From: an uncultured Bacilli bacterium
GTDB lineage: Bacteria; Bacillota_I; Bacilli_A; RF39; UBA660
Assembly (NCBI GenBank): GCA_944332715.1
Contig: CALVKN010000068.1
Coordinates: 79,755 to 143,754, forward strand
Reading direction: 5' to 3'
DNA length: 64,000 bases
Shown here: positions 11,235 through 19,985 of the stretch, in pieces
Layout of the letters: each line of letters opens with the position of its first letter
Numbering within the stretch: the stretch's first letter is position 1
Position numbers and translations under genes: made by a program
The notes under the pieces: model-generated
The model's input: the letters and a program-made list of their open reading frames with translations, nothing else
Told to the model about the DNA's origin: nothing
Databases searched by the model: none

Positions 11235-13793
11235 CTATTTCTTTTTGCGCGAATACGGCGTGTCCGCAAGCGGCAGGCTGTTGCGCTCCTTGCCGTCGTA
11301 GCGGTAGTAGGCCTCTGCGATGGCGGGCGCGGTGGGGATGGAGGTGATCTCGCCGATGCCGATGGCGCCGTAGGCCACGTTGAGCCCCGGCTTCTCGACG
11401 ATGATGGCCTGCACCTTGGGCACGTTGTCGGCGCGGAACAGGCCGAGCGTGCCAAAGCGCGCGGTGGGCCTGCAGTTGTCGAGCGGGAACTGCTCCGTCA
11501 ACGCGTAGCCCATGCTCATGACGACGCCGCCCTCGATCTGCCCTTCGATGGACAGCGGGTTCACGGCGCGCCCCACGTCGTGCGCGGCGACGATCCGCTC
11601 GAGCCGCCCGTCTTCGCCGACGATGGCCACCTGTGTGGCATAGCCGTAGGCGACGTGGCTCACGGGGTTCGGCTTGTCGGCGCCGAGCGGGTCGGTCTTG
11701 GCCAGGTATTCGGCGTAGAACTCCTCGCCCTCCATGTCGGAGAGGCTCCGTCCCTGCCGCGCCGCGTTGAATAGCGTGCAGGCGCGGCGGCACGCCTCGC
11801 CCGTGATGAGCGTCTGGCGGGAGCCGGAGGTGGTGCCGGAGTCGGGCGCGTCGAACGTGTTCACGCGGTCGTAGTGGATCTGGTCGCGCGGCAGGCCGGT
11901 CGTCTCCGTCACGATCTGCACGAGCACCGTGCCCACACCCTGCCCGATGCAGGATGCGCCCGAGTGGATGGCCAGCCGCCCCTGCTCCACGCACAGGCGC
12001 ACGCGCCCGGTGTCGGGGATGCCGACGCCCACGCCCGCGTTCTTCATCGCGCAGGCGATGCCGGCGCGCGGGCTGGATTCATAGATGTCGCGCACGGCCT
12101 CGAGCGTCTCGACGAGGCCGGTGGAGTCGTCCACGATCTGGCCGTTCGGCAGCGTTTGCCACGGGCGGATGGCGTTGCGGTAGCGGATCTCCCAGGGGGA
12201 GATGCCGAGCTTGTGCGCCATGCGGTTGAGCAGCGTTTCAATGCAGAAGCACGTCTGCGTCACGCCAAAGCCGCGGAACGCGCCGGCGGGCGGGTTGTTC
12301 GTGTAATACGCCTTGCCGTCGATCTCGAAATTCTGGTAGTTGTAGGGGCCGGCCGCGTGCGTGCAGGCGCGCTCGAGCACCGGGCCGCCGAGCGACGCAT
12401 AGGCGCCGGTGTCCGCGACGACCTGCGCCTTGACGCCGAGGATCGTGCCGTCGTCGTCGCAGGCGAGCGTGAAATCCATGTCCATCGGGTGGCGCTTGGG
12501 GTGGATGAGGATGCTCTCTGCGCGCGTCAGCTTGACCTTGACGGGGCGCTTGAGCAGGTACGCGACGAGCGCCGCGTGGTGCTGCACGACCACGTCCTCC
12601 TTGCCGCCAAAGCCGCCGCCGACGAGCTTGTTTTCCACGCGCACCAGCTCCGGCGGCAGGCCGAGCATGGGGCAGATCTCGTGCTGGGTGTCGTACACGC
12701 TCTGGTCGGAACAGTAGATCAGCACGCCCTCGCCCCACGGCTGCGCCACGGCGCACTCCGGCTCGAGGAACGCGTGCTCGGTAAACGGCGTCGTAAAGTG
12801 CGCGGAGAGCACGTGCGGCGCCTCGCGGATCGCCTTGTCGGCGTCGCCGCGGCGCACGTGGCGGTGGGCGAGCAGGTTGCCGCCCTCGTGGAGCTGTGGC
12901 GCGTCCTCGGCCATGGCTTCCTGCGCGGAGCGGACGGGCGGGAGCTCTTCGTATTCGACTTCGACGAGTGCCTTTGCCGCTTCCAGGATCTCCGGCGTCT
13001 CCGCCGCGACGAGCGCGATGGCGTCGCCCAGGTAGTGGGTGATGCCGCCCACGCCGATCATCACGTCCCAGTCGCGCTTGAGGTGGCCCACCTTGTGCAG
13101 GCAGGGGATGTCGTCCGCCGTCAGCACGCAGGCGACGCCGGGCAGCGCCCTGGCGCGCTCGGTGTGGATGGCCAGCACGCGCGCGCGCGGGTATTTGCTG
13201 CGCACGGCGGAGGCGTGGAGCATGCCGGGCAGCTCGATGTCGTCGGTATACACGCCGGTGCCCAGCACCTTTTCGCGCACATCCAGCCGCGGCACGCGCG
13301 CGCCGAGCCGCCAGTCGCCGTCAGCCTTCGGAATCTTGCCGGCGCGCAGTACGGCGGCGGCGATGCGCACCGCCTCGATGATCTTCACGTAGCCCGTGCA
13401 GCGGCAGATGTTGTTGCGCAGCGCGTGCGCGATGGCGGCCTCGTCCGGGTCGGGGTTCACGTCCAGCAGCGCCTTGGCGCACAGCACCATGCCGGGGATG
13501 CAGAAGCCGCACTGCACCGCGCCGGCCGTGCCGAACGCGTATACGTAGACCTCTTTTTCAAAATCGGACAGGCCCTCGACGGTCAGGATGTGCCGCCCGT
13601 CCAGCCTGTCGGTCTGCTGGACGCACGCCTTGACCGGCTTGCCGTCGAGCAGGATGGTGCAGGTGCCGCACGCGCCCTCGCTGCACCCGTCCTTGACGGA
13701 GGTCAGGCGCAGCGTGTCGCGCAGGTAACGCATCAGTTTCTGGTTTTGCGGGACCGTCACGGTCTGGCCGTTGACGGTGAAGGTAGCAGCCAT
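11235..13793 (-). CDS. Xanthine dehydrogenase-family molybdenum hydroxylase: fused [2Fe-2S] and molybdopterin-binding subunit (XdhD / selenium-dependent hydroxylase-like)
   Basis: 852 aa. The N-terminal plant-type and second 2Fe-2S motifs are CSEGACGTCT and CGFCIPG...CRCTGY. Aldehyde oxidase/xanthine dehydrogenase a/b-hammerhead and MoCo-binding regions follow. No FAD domain is present. Confidence 0.88.
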   Translation of the reverse strand: MAATFTVNGQTVTVPQNQKLMRYLRDTLRLTSVKDGCSEGACGTCTILLDGKPVKACVQQTDRLDGRHILTVEGLSDFEKEVYVYAFGTAGAVQCGFCIPGMVLCAKALLDVNPDPDEAAIAHALRNNICRCTGYVKIIEAVRIAAAVLRAGKIPKADGDWRLGARVPRLDVREKVLGTGVYTDDIELPGMLHASAVRSKYPRARVLAIHTERARALPGVACVLTADDIPCLHKVGHLKRDWDVMIGVGGITHYLGDAIALVAAETPEILEAAKALVEVEYEELPPVRSAQEAMAEDAPQLHEGGNLLAHRHVRRGDADKAIREAPHVLSAHFTTPFTEHAFLEPECAVAQPWGEGVLIYCSDQSVYDTQHEICPMLGLPPELVRVENKLVGGGFGGKEDVVVQHHAALVAYLLKRPVKVKLTRAESILIHPKRHPMDMDFTLACDDDGTILGVKAQVVADTGAYASLGGPVLERACTHAAGPYNYQNFEIDGKAYYTNNPPAGAFRGFGVTQTCFCIETLLNRMAHKLGISPWEIRYRNAIRPWQTLPNGQIVDDSTGLVETLEAVRDIYESSPRAGIACAMKNAGVGVGIPDTGRVRLCVEQGRLAIHSGASCIGQGVGTVLVQIVTETTGLPRDQIHYDRVNTFDAPDSGTTSGSRQTLITGEACRRACTLFNAARQGRSLSDMEGEEFYAEYLAKTDPLGADKPNPVSHVAYGYATQVAIVGEDGRLERIVAAHDVGRAVNPLSIEGQIEGGVVMSMGYALTEQFPLDNCRPTARFGTLGLFRADNVPKVQAIIVEKPGLNVAYGAIGIGEITSIPTAPAIAEAYYRYDGKERNSLPLADTPYSRKKK

Positions 13794-13877
13794 GGCAGGC
13801 CATCTCCTTATGCTTGAAATGGGTGGGGCGGGGGCGGCGCGCGCCGCCCCGCCCGCAGCGGTGGCCGGATGGGGCCG

Positions 13878-16862
13878 TCAGATCAGGTAGTTGTAATCGG
13901 TCAGCACCGCGAGCAGGAAGCGCTCGAGCGCCTGGTCCAGCGCGGCGGGCGGCGCGTCGAGGTCGATCTCCTGCGCCGTGCCGCCGGTGCGCAGCAGCAG
14001 CTTTTTGCCGCCGAGCGGCAGGAAGCCGGGGTTGTCGCTCTCTTCAAAGGCAGCGCGGTCGGAGAACAGCGTCAGCTTTTCCTTGTAGGGGCGGCTGTCA
14101 TAGGGGCAGAACACGGCGCAGTTGCCGCACTCGTTGCACATGCGGTCCACGTGCAGGATCTGTGGCATGGGCTGGCCCTTGACACGGATGGCGATGTTGG
14201 CGCGGTTCGGGCAGACCTGTACGCAGCACTCGCATATGGTGGAGCAGTGCAGGCAGCGGCCGGCCTCGTGCGTGGCGCAGTCGTACACCCGGAGCACGCC
14301 CTGCTTGGCGATGCAGCTCTCCTCGCTCACGGCCGCGTTTTCCGGCACGGCGTAGCGGTGCTCGCCGACGATCGCGTCCGCCACGGTGCGCGCGTCCGCG
14401 ATGGCCTCGACCACCGTGGCCGGGCCGCGGTTCGCGTCGCCGATGACGTACACGCCGTCGAGGTTCGTCTGCAACAGGCCGTCCACCGCCGCGCGGCCGC
14501 GCTCGTTCAGCGCAATGCCGTTCGCGGCGAGCGCCTCGCCGTCCACGCGTTCGCCCGTCGCGGCGATGAGCGTGGAGCACGGCAGTTCCGCCGTCTCGCC
14601 CGTGGGGACGGGGGAGCGACGGCCGGAGGCGTCCGGATCGCCGAGGCGCATCACGTCGCAGAGCAGCTTGCCGTCCCGCAGCGCGCGCGGCGCAAGCAGT
14701 TCGCAGAATTCCACGCCGTCGTCGAGCGCGAGCTGCAGCTCCTCCTCGTCGGCCGGCATGTAGCGGCGCGTGCGGCGGTAGACCAGCCGCGCGTGCTTCA
14801 CGCCCGGCACGCGCCGCGCGGTGCGCGCCGCGTCCATGGCGGTGTTGCCGCCGCCGATGACGATCACGTCCTCCCCGAGCGGGGGCAGCGTGCCGGCCTT
14901 GTAGTCTGAGAGGAAGCGCAGCACGTTCATCGCCTCGCCCGCCTCGAGCGAGACGCCGCCGGGCTTCCACGCGCCGATGGCGTAGACGATGTGCGTATAG
15001 CCCGCCGCGCGCAGCGCCGCCGCGTCCGGCGCCTTCGTGCCGGTGCGGACGTCCACGCCCATGGACTGCATGATCTGCACGTCGCGGTCGATGCCCAGCT
15101 CCCCGATGCGGAACGGCGGGATCACGTAGCGGACGATACCGCCGAGCTGCTCGCGCTGTTCAAACAGCGTCACCGCCGCGCCCGCGCAGCCGAGGAAGAA
15201 GGAGACGGCCATGCCGGCCGGGCCGCCGCCGACGACGGCCACGCGCACGTCCGCAAGGCGCGCGCCCGGCTTGAGCGTGCCGATCACGGCGTCAAACCCG
15301 TTGCGCGCGGCGGCGAGCTTGGCGTCGCGGATGTGGACGCTCTCTTCATAGAAGTTGCGCGTGCACTTGTCCATGCAGCGGTGGCTGCAGATGCGGCCGG
15401 TGATGAACGGCAGCGGGTTCTTTTCCAGTATGAGTTGCAACGCGTCGGCGTATGCGCCCTTGCCCACCAGCTCCACGTATTCGGGGATGTCCTGGTGGAT
15501 GGGGCAGCCGTGCGCGCAGGGGGCGGTGAAGCAGTCGAGCAGCGGCACCTTGCCGTCCAGCTTGCGCCGGGGCGCCGGCTTGATCGCCTTGTGCTGGCGC
15601 GCGTCGCGGCGGGCCAGGTCGGACAGGTACGCGACCTTGCCGACGGATACGCCGTCAAACGGCGCATAGTCGTGCTTTTGCAGCTGTTCGGCCAGCTGCG
15701 TAAAGCGCTGGTAGCCGCCGGGCTTGAGCAGCGTGGTCGCCATCGTGATGGGCCACACGCCCGCGTCGAACAGCGGCTCGATGTTGAAGTGGTCGATGCC
15801 GCCGGAGAAGGACAGGCGCAGCTTGCCGTCGAACTCGCGGCTCAGGCGGTGCGCCATCTCGATGGTCAGCGGATAGAGCGCGCGCCCGCTCATGTACATC
15901 TCCTCGCTCGGCAGCTCGCCCCGGCGCACGTCGACCGGGAAGGTGTTGGAGAGCTTCAGGCCGAACGAGAGGCCGTGTTCCCCGGCGAGCGTCAGCAGGC
16001 GCTTGAACATGGGCACCGCGTCGCGGTATTGCAGGTCCTCGTTGAAGTGGTGGTCGTCGAAGGCGATGTAGTCAAAGCCCAGCCCGTCCAGCGTGCGGCG
16101 CGCAAAGTCATAGCCCAGCAGGGTCGGGTTGCACTTGACGAACGTGTGCAGGTGCTTGGTCTCGATCAGGTAGGCCGCGATGCGTTCGATCTCCTGCGGC
16201 GGGCAGCCGTGGAGCGTGGACAGCGTGATCGAGGTGCAGATGCGCGGGCTGATGGCGTCGAGGTAGGCGGCGTCCACGCCGGGCAGCTCGGCAAGGTGCG
16301 CTTCGGCCCAGGCGCGGCACTCGGCAAAGATCGCGGTGCGGGAGGCGTCCTTGAGCCCCTCGATAAAGCGGTCGATCTTCTCGCTCGTGATGCCGGCATA
16401 GTCGTAGCCGACGCTCATGTTGAAGATGAAGCCGTCCGGGTCGCCCCAGCCGAACGCGCGGGTGAGGAGCTTGAGCGCGTACCAGGCCTTGACGTATTCG
16501 TCAAACGCCTGGGGCACGGTCAGCTCGGTGGACCACTCGCAGTTGTAGCACTCGTCCTCGGCGGCGATGCAGGGCTTTGGCACGCAGCGGGAGAGCTCCT
16601 CGCCGTCCATGATCTGCACGGTCTTGAGCTCGAAGAAGCGGCTGCCGGCGTAATAGGCGGCGATCAGGTTCTGCGCCAGCTGCGTGTGCGGGCCGGCGGC
16701 GGGGCCAAAGGGCGTCTCGAGCCGCTCGCCAAACAGGGACAGGAGCTTGCCGGGCGCGGGCTGAAACGCCCGGTGCAGGCCAAACACGCTGCCGGCCTGC
16801 CGCTCGGCGAGGATCCAGCGCATGAGCTGGGCAAAGGGGATGGGGGTCATGAGGTCGGTCAT
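13878..16862 (-). CDS. ygfK: YgfK-like Fe-S flavoprotein (putative selenate reductase subunit YgfK family)
   Basis: Start MTDLMTPIPFAQLMRW at 16862 with a ggaggag RBS. Two dinucleotide folds (VAVVGGGPAGMA, VIVIGGGNTAMD) and C-terminal ferredoxin motifs (CSTICECCVQVCP, CNECGNCAVFCP). About 994 aa, matching the E. coli YgfK size class. Confidence 0.82.
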   Translation of the reverse strand: MTDLMTPIPFAQLMRWILAERQAGSVFGLHRAFQPAPGKLLSLFGERLETPFGPAAGPHTQLAQNLIAAYYAGSRFFELKTVQIMDGEELSRCVPKPCIAAEDECYNCEWSTELTVPQAFDEYVKAWYALKLLTRAFGWGDPDGFIFNMSVGYDYAGITSEKIDRFIEGLKDASRTAIFAECRAWAEAHLAELPGVDAAYLDAISPRICTSITLSTLHGCPPQEIERIAAYLIETKHLHTFVKCNPTLLGYDFARRTLDGLGFDYIAFDDHHFNEDLQYRDAVPMFKRLLTLAGEHGLSFGLKLSNTFPVDVRRGELPSEEMYMSGRALYPLTIEMAHRLSREFDGKLRLSFSGGIDHFNIEPLFDAGVWPITMATTLLKPGGYQRFTQLAEQLQKHDYAPFDGVSVGKVAYLSDLARRDARQHKAIKPAPRRKLDGKVPLLDCFTAPCAHGCPIHQDIPEYVELVGKGAYADALQLILEKNPLPFITGRICSHRCMDKCTRNFYEESVHIRDAKLAAARNGFDAVIGTLKPGARLADVRVAVVGGGPAGMAVSFFLGCAGAAVTLFEQREQLGGIVRYVIPPFRIGELGIDRDVQIMQSMGVDVRTGTKAPDAAALRAAGYTHIVYAIGAWKPGGVSLEAGEAMNVLRFLSDYKAGTLPPLGEDVIVIGGGNTAMDAARTARRVPGVKHARLVYRRTRRYMPADEEELQLALDDGVEFCELLAPRALRDGKLLCDVMRLGDPDASGRRSPVPTGETAELPCSTLIAATGERVDGEALAANGIALNERGRAAVDGLLQTNLDGVYVIGDANRGPATVVEAIADARTVADAIVGEHRYAVPENAAVSEESCIAKQGVLRVYDCATHEAGRCLHCSTICECCVQVCPNRANIAIRVKGQPMPQILHVDRMCNECGNCAVFCPYDSRPYKEKLTLFSDRAAFEESDNPGFLPLGGKKLLLRTGGTAQEIDLDAPPAALDQALERFLLAVLTDYNYLI

Positions 16863-16888
16863 ACAGTCGTCTCCTCCTTCCTTGGGGT

Positions 16889-18214
16889 TCAGCCGTTGAT
16901 GGACGTCCAGAGCCGCCGCGCGCTCTCGCGGCACTCGGCCATGAGCGCCTGTTCGTCGATGCCGGTGAGCACGCGGTCGCGCATGAGCACCTTGCCGTTG
17001 CACACCGTGTGCGTGACGGAGCGGCCCTGCATGCCGAAGAGGATGTGCCCGTTGACGTTCGAGCCGTCCATCGGCGTGAGCGGGTCGTAGTCGGTCACGA
17101 TCACGTCGGCATAGGCGCCGGGCTTGAGCACGCCGACGGGCGCCTTGAGGAACCGGCCGGCCATCGCCGCGTTGTTGTCAAACAGCATGGCCGGGATCTC
17201 GCCCCAGGCCACGGTCGGGTCGCACAGGTGGTGCTTGTGGATGATGTTGCCGACCTTGTAGCTCTCGAGCATGTCGTTGGTGTAGCCGTCGGTGCCGAGG
17301 CCCACCGTCACGCCCTCGCGCAGCATGTGCAGCACCGGGCCGCAGCCGACGGCGTTGCCCATGTTCGATTCCGGGTTGTGCACGACCATGGAGCCGGTGT
17401 CGCTGAGCAGCTGCATCTCGGCGCGGTTGATGTGGACGCAGTGGATGGCGAGCGTGTGGTCGCCCAGCACGCCGGCGTCGTAAAACCGCTCGATGATGCG
17501 CTTGCCGTAGGTCTTGAGGCAGTGCGCCAGGTCGGCCGGCCCCTCGGCGCAGTGGACGTGATAGCCCGCACCGTGGCGGTGCCGCTCGCACAGGCGCAGC
17601 GTCTCGTCCGATACGGTGAACGAGGCGTGCAGGCCCATCATGCCCTGCAGCATGTCGGAGCCCTCCGCCTGGGTGCGCAGGATGAACCGCTCGTTTTCGA
17701 GCACGGATTCCTCGGCCTTTTTCGCACCGTCGCGGTCGGACACTTCGTAGCAGAGGCTTGCGCGCACGCCGAGCGCGGTCGCCGCGGACGCGATGTCGTC
17801 GAGGCTGCCGGGCACGTCGAAAAAGCTCGCGTGGTGGTCGAACACGGTCGTCACGCCGTTTTTGATGCAGTCGGCATAGACCGCGAGCGCGGAGAGGCGG
17901 TTGTTCTCGTGCGTGAGGTGGCGGTCGATCTTCCACCACTGCCCCTCCAGGATGTCGTTGAAGTCCTTCGGGTTGTAGCCCCTGATCGAGAGGCCGCGCG
18001 CGAACGCGCTGTAGATGTGGTTGTGCATGTTGATCAGGCCCGGCATGATGACGCCGCCTCTGGCGTCGATCTGCTCGGCTTCGGGGTAGCGCTGCCGCAG
18101 CGCGTCGCTGTCGCCAACCTCGACGATCCGTTCGCCGTCGATGACGACCGCGCCATGTTCGAGGAATGTGCCGTTGTCGCGTGTGATGAGCCTGCCGTTA
18201 CCGATCCAAAGCAT
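16889..18214 (-). CDS. ssnA: SsnA-like amidohydrolase (chlorohydrolase/aminohydrolase family)
   Basis: 441 aa. Contains the metal-binding MHNHIYS (HxH) motif and an amidohydrolase fold. Same size as E. coli SsnA, and adjacent to ygfK as in E. coli. Confidence 0.82.
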   Translation of the reverse strand: MLWIGNGRLITRDNGTFLEHGAVVIDGERIVEVGDSDALRQRYPEAEQIDARGGVIMPGLINMHNHIYSAFARGLSIRGYNPKDFNDILEGQWWKIDRHLTHENNRLSALAVYADCIKNGVTTVFDHHASFFDVPGSLDDIASAATALGVRASLCYEVSDRDGAKKAEESVLENERFILRTQAEGSDMLQGMMGLHASFTVSDETLRLCERHRHGAGYHVHCAEGPADLAHCLKTYGKRIIERFYDAGVLGDHTLAIHCVHINRAEMQLLSDTGSMVVHNPESNMGNAVGCGPVLHMLREGVTVGLGTDGYTNDMLESYKVGNIIHKHHLCDPTVAWGEIPAMLFDNNAAMAGRFLKAPVGVLKPGAYADVIVTDYDPLTPMDGSNVNGHILFGMQGRSVTHTVCNGKVLMRDRVLTGIDEQALMAECRESARRLWTSING

Positions 18215-18374
18215 GAAAATACGATCCCCTTTCCAATTGTTACACGAGAGAAATGCAGTATCTTTGAGTGTCAGTTCATTATACTATGCGCCGTGTGCGC
18301 GCGCAATAGAGAGCGGCCGAAAACCTAAAATTTATTTTTGCAAACAAAAATTATTTTGAATACAAAAATCCTAC

Positions 18375-18403
18375 TGTACAACTTCCCCAAAAACTGCTAT
18401 GAT
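18375..18403 (+). promoter_or_regulatory. Candidate promoter (TGTACA-17-TATGAT with TGn extended -10) for the ThrC-like gene
   Basis: tgc-TATGAT at 18395-18403 and a -35-like TGTACA at 18375-18380. It lies in an AT-rich divergent intergenic region. Confidence 0.4.
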
Positions 18404-18443
18404 AAAAACACATTTCCTTGTGTTGATTGGGGAGGATGCCGTC

Positions 18444-19682
18444 ATGCGACGCGTTGCCGGATATCGCTGCACGATCTGCGGCCGGGAATTTCCGTTCGAG
18501 CCGGAACGGATGACCTGCCCGCATTGCGGGGAAAAGGGCATACTGGACATTCTCTACGATTATGATGAAATCGCCCGCGACCTCACGCGCGAGAGCCTGG
18601 CCGCCTGCCGCGACAACAGCATGTGGCGCTACCGCGCGCTGATGCCCGTGGCCGACACGGTAGACGTGTCGCGCTTTCTGCGCATCGGCTGGACGCCGCT
18701 GTACGAGTCGCTTTCGCTCGGGCGGGAGCTGGGCGTGAAGGCGCTCTACATCAAGGACGACGGGCTGAACCCGACGGCGTCGCTCAAGGATCGCGCGTCG
18801 GGCGTGGCGGTGGCCAAGGCCATCGAGCTCGGATACGATACCATCGCCTGCTCCTCCACGGGGAACGCCGCCTCCTCCTGCGCCGGCAGCGCCGCGCGCA
18901 TGGGGCTCAAGGCGGTCATTTTCGTCCCGGAGCGCGCGCCGGAGGGCAAGGTCGCGCAGCTGATGATCTTCGGCGCGCGGGTGGTCTCCGTCCACGGGGA
19001 CTACAAGGCCACGTTCGACCTGTCCAAGGCGGCCATCGAGAAATACGGCTGGTACAACCGCAACGCGGGCATCAACCCGGTCATGACCGAGGGCAAGAAG
19101 ACCGTCGCGCTGGAGATTGCCGAGCAGCTCGGCTGGAACGTGACGGACTGGGTCGCCTGTTCCGTGGGCGACGGCTGCACGATCGGCGGCGTGTACAACG
19201 GGTTTTACGACCTGTACCGCCTGGGGCTGATCGAGCGGATCCCGAAGATCCTGGGCGTGCAGTCCACCGGCTGCTGCCCGTTTGTCGACGCGGCGCGGGA
19301 GAACCGGCCGCTCCGGCCCACCGCGGAGAACACGCTGGCGGATTCGATCGCCGTGGGCGTGCCGCGCAACCCCGTCAAGGCGCTGCGCGCGGTGCGGGAG
19401 AGCGGCGGCGCGTGGATCGCCGTTTCGGACGAGCGGATTCTGGACGCGATGCGCGTGCTGGGCCGCACCGAGGGCGTGTTCGGAGAGCCTGCCGGCGTGA
19501 CCGCGACGGCGGGCGTCATCCAGGCGGTGGCCGACGGGCTGATCCGGCCGGACGAGACCGTGACCGCCATCAGCACGGGCAGCGGGCTCAAGGATGTGAA
19601 GAACGCGCTGCGCGCGGCGGGCAAGCCGCGGCTGTGCGAGCCCGATCTCGCCGCGCTGGAGGAGAGCGGCATCCTCTCCTGA
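18444..19682 (+). CDS. Threonine synthase-family PLP enzyme (fold type II) with an N-terminal zinc-ribbon
   Basis: ATG at 18444 after a ggggagga RBS. Zn-ribbon is CTICG...CPHCG, the PLP-lysine motif is NPTASLKDRASG, and there is a glycine-rich SVGDGCTIGG loop. Confidence 0.8.
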   Translation: MRRVAGYRCTICGREFPFEPERMTCPHCGEKGILDILYDYDEIARDLTRESLAACRDNSMWRYRALMPVADTVDVSRFLRIGWTPLYESLSLGRELGVKALYIKDDGLNPTASLKDRASGVAVAKAIELGYDTIACSSTGNAASSCAGSAARMGLKAVIFVPERAPEGKVAQLMIFGARVVSVHGDYKATFDLSKAAIEKYGWYNRNAGINPVMTEGKKTVALEIAEQLGWNVTDWVACSVGDGCTIGGVYNGFYDLYRLGLIERIPKILGVQSTGCCPFVDAARENRPLRPTAENTLADSIAVGVPRNPVKALRAVRESGGAWIAVSDERILDAMRVLGRTEGVFGEPAGVTATAGVIQAVADGLIRPDETVTAISTGSGLKDVKNALRAAGKPRLCEPDLAALEESGILS

Positions 19683-19985
19683 GCGTGCCGGCCGGCGCGG
19701 GGGCGCGCCGGGAAACGGACAACAGAATACAGACGCTGTCTTTTAGAAATATGAAAAACGTGCCGCGCGCGGCGGGCAAGCCGTGACGGTGTTCGCCGGG
19801 GGAGAGGCCTCCGGGGCGGTGGGAAGTGCCGCCGGGACATGAAAGGTGCGTTACGCGGTTGGAAATGCCGCGTAGACGGCCCGCAGAAGGGATTCGCCTG
19901 ACCTTGGCTTTTGTGGTTCCCCGTCTTTTCCGGTTGCCGCATCCGCAAGGATGTAGAATATGCAACAATCATAAGGAGGTTAAAA

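Noticed and set aside
11235-18214. In-frame UGA (selenocysteine) or split ORFs in the selenium-associated hydroxylase cluster.
   Set aside because: All three genes are continuous full-length ORFs with normal stops. The selenium link in this family is a labile cofactor rather than Sec, so no recoding is expected or seen.
18300-18375. A short AT-rich inverted repeat, ATTTTTG-caaa-CAAAAAT, in the ssnA/thrC-like divergent region, considered as a candidate operator.
   Set aside because: A 7-bp arm composed almost entirely of A/T in an AT-rich promoter region is easily produced by chance, and there is no second copy or recognisable consensus.
19683-19985. A possible purine, xanthine or other riboswitch in the 300-nt leader upstream of the BMP nucleoside-type transporter.
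   Set aside because: I could not recognise the conserved cores of the purine riboswitch or any other class I know in this sequence. Only a GC hairpin (19692-19711) and a weak promoter-like TAGAAT are visible. An Rfam covariance scan would be needed to exclude one definitively.
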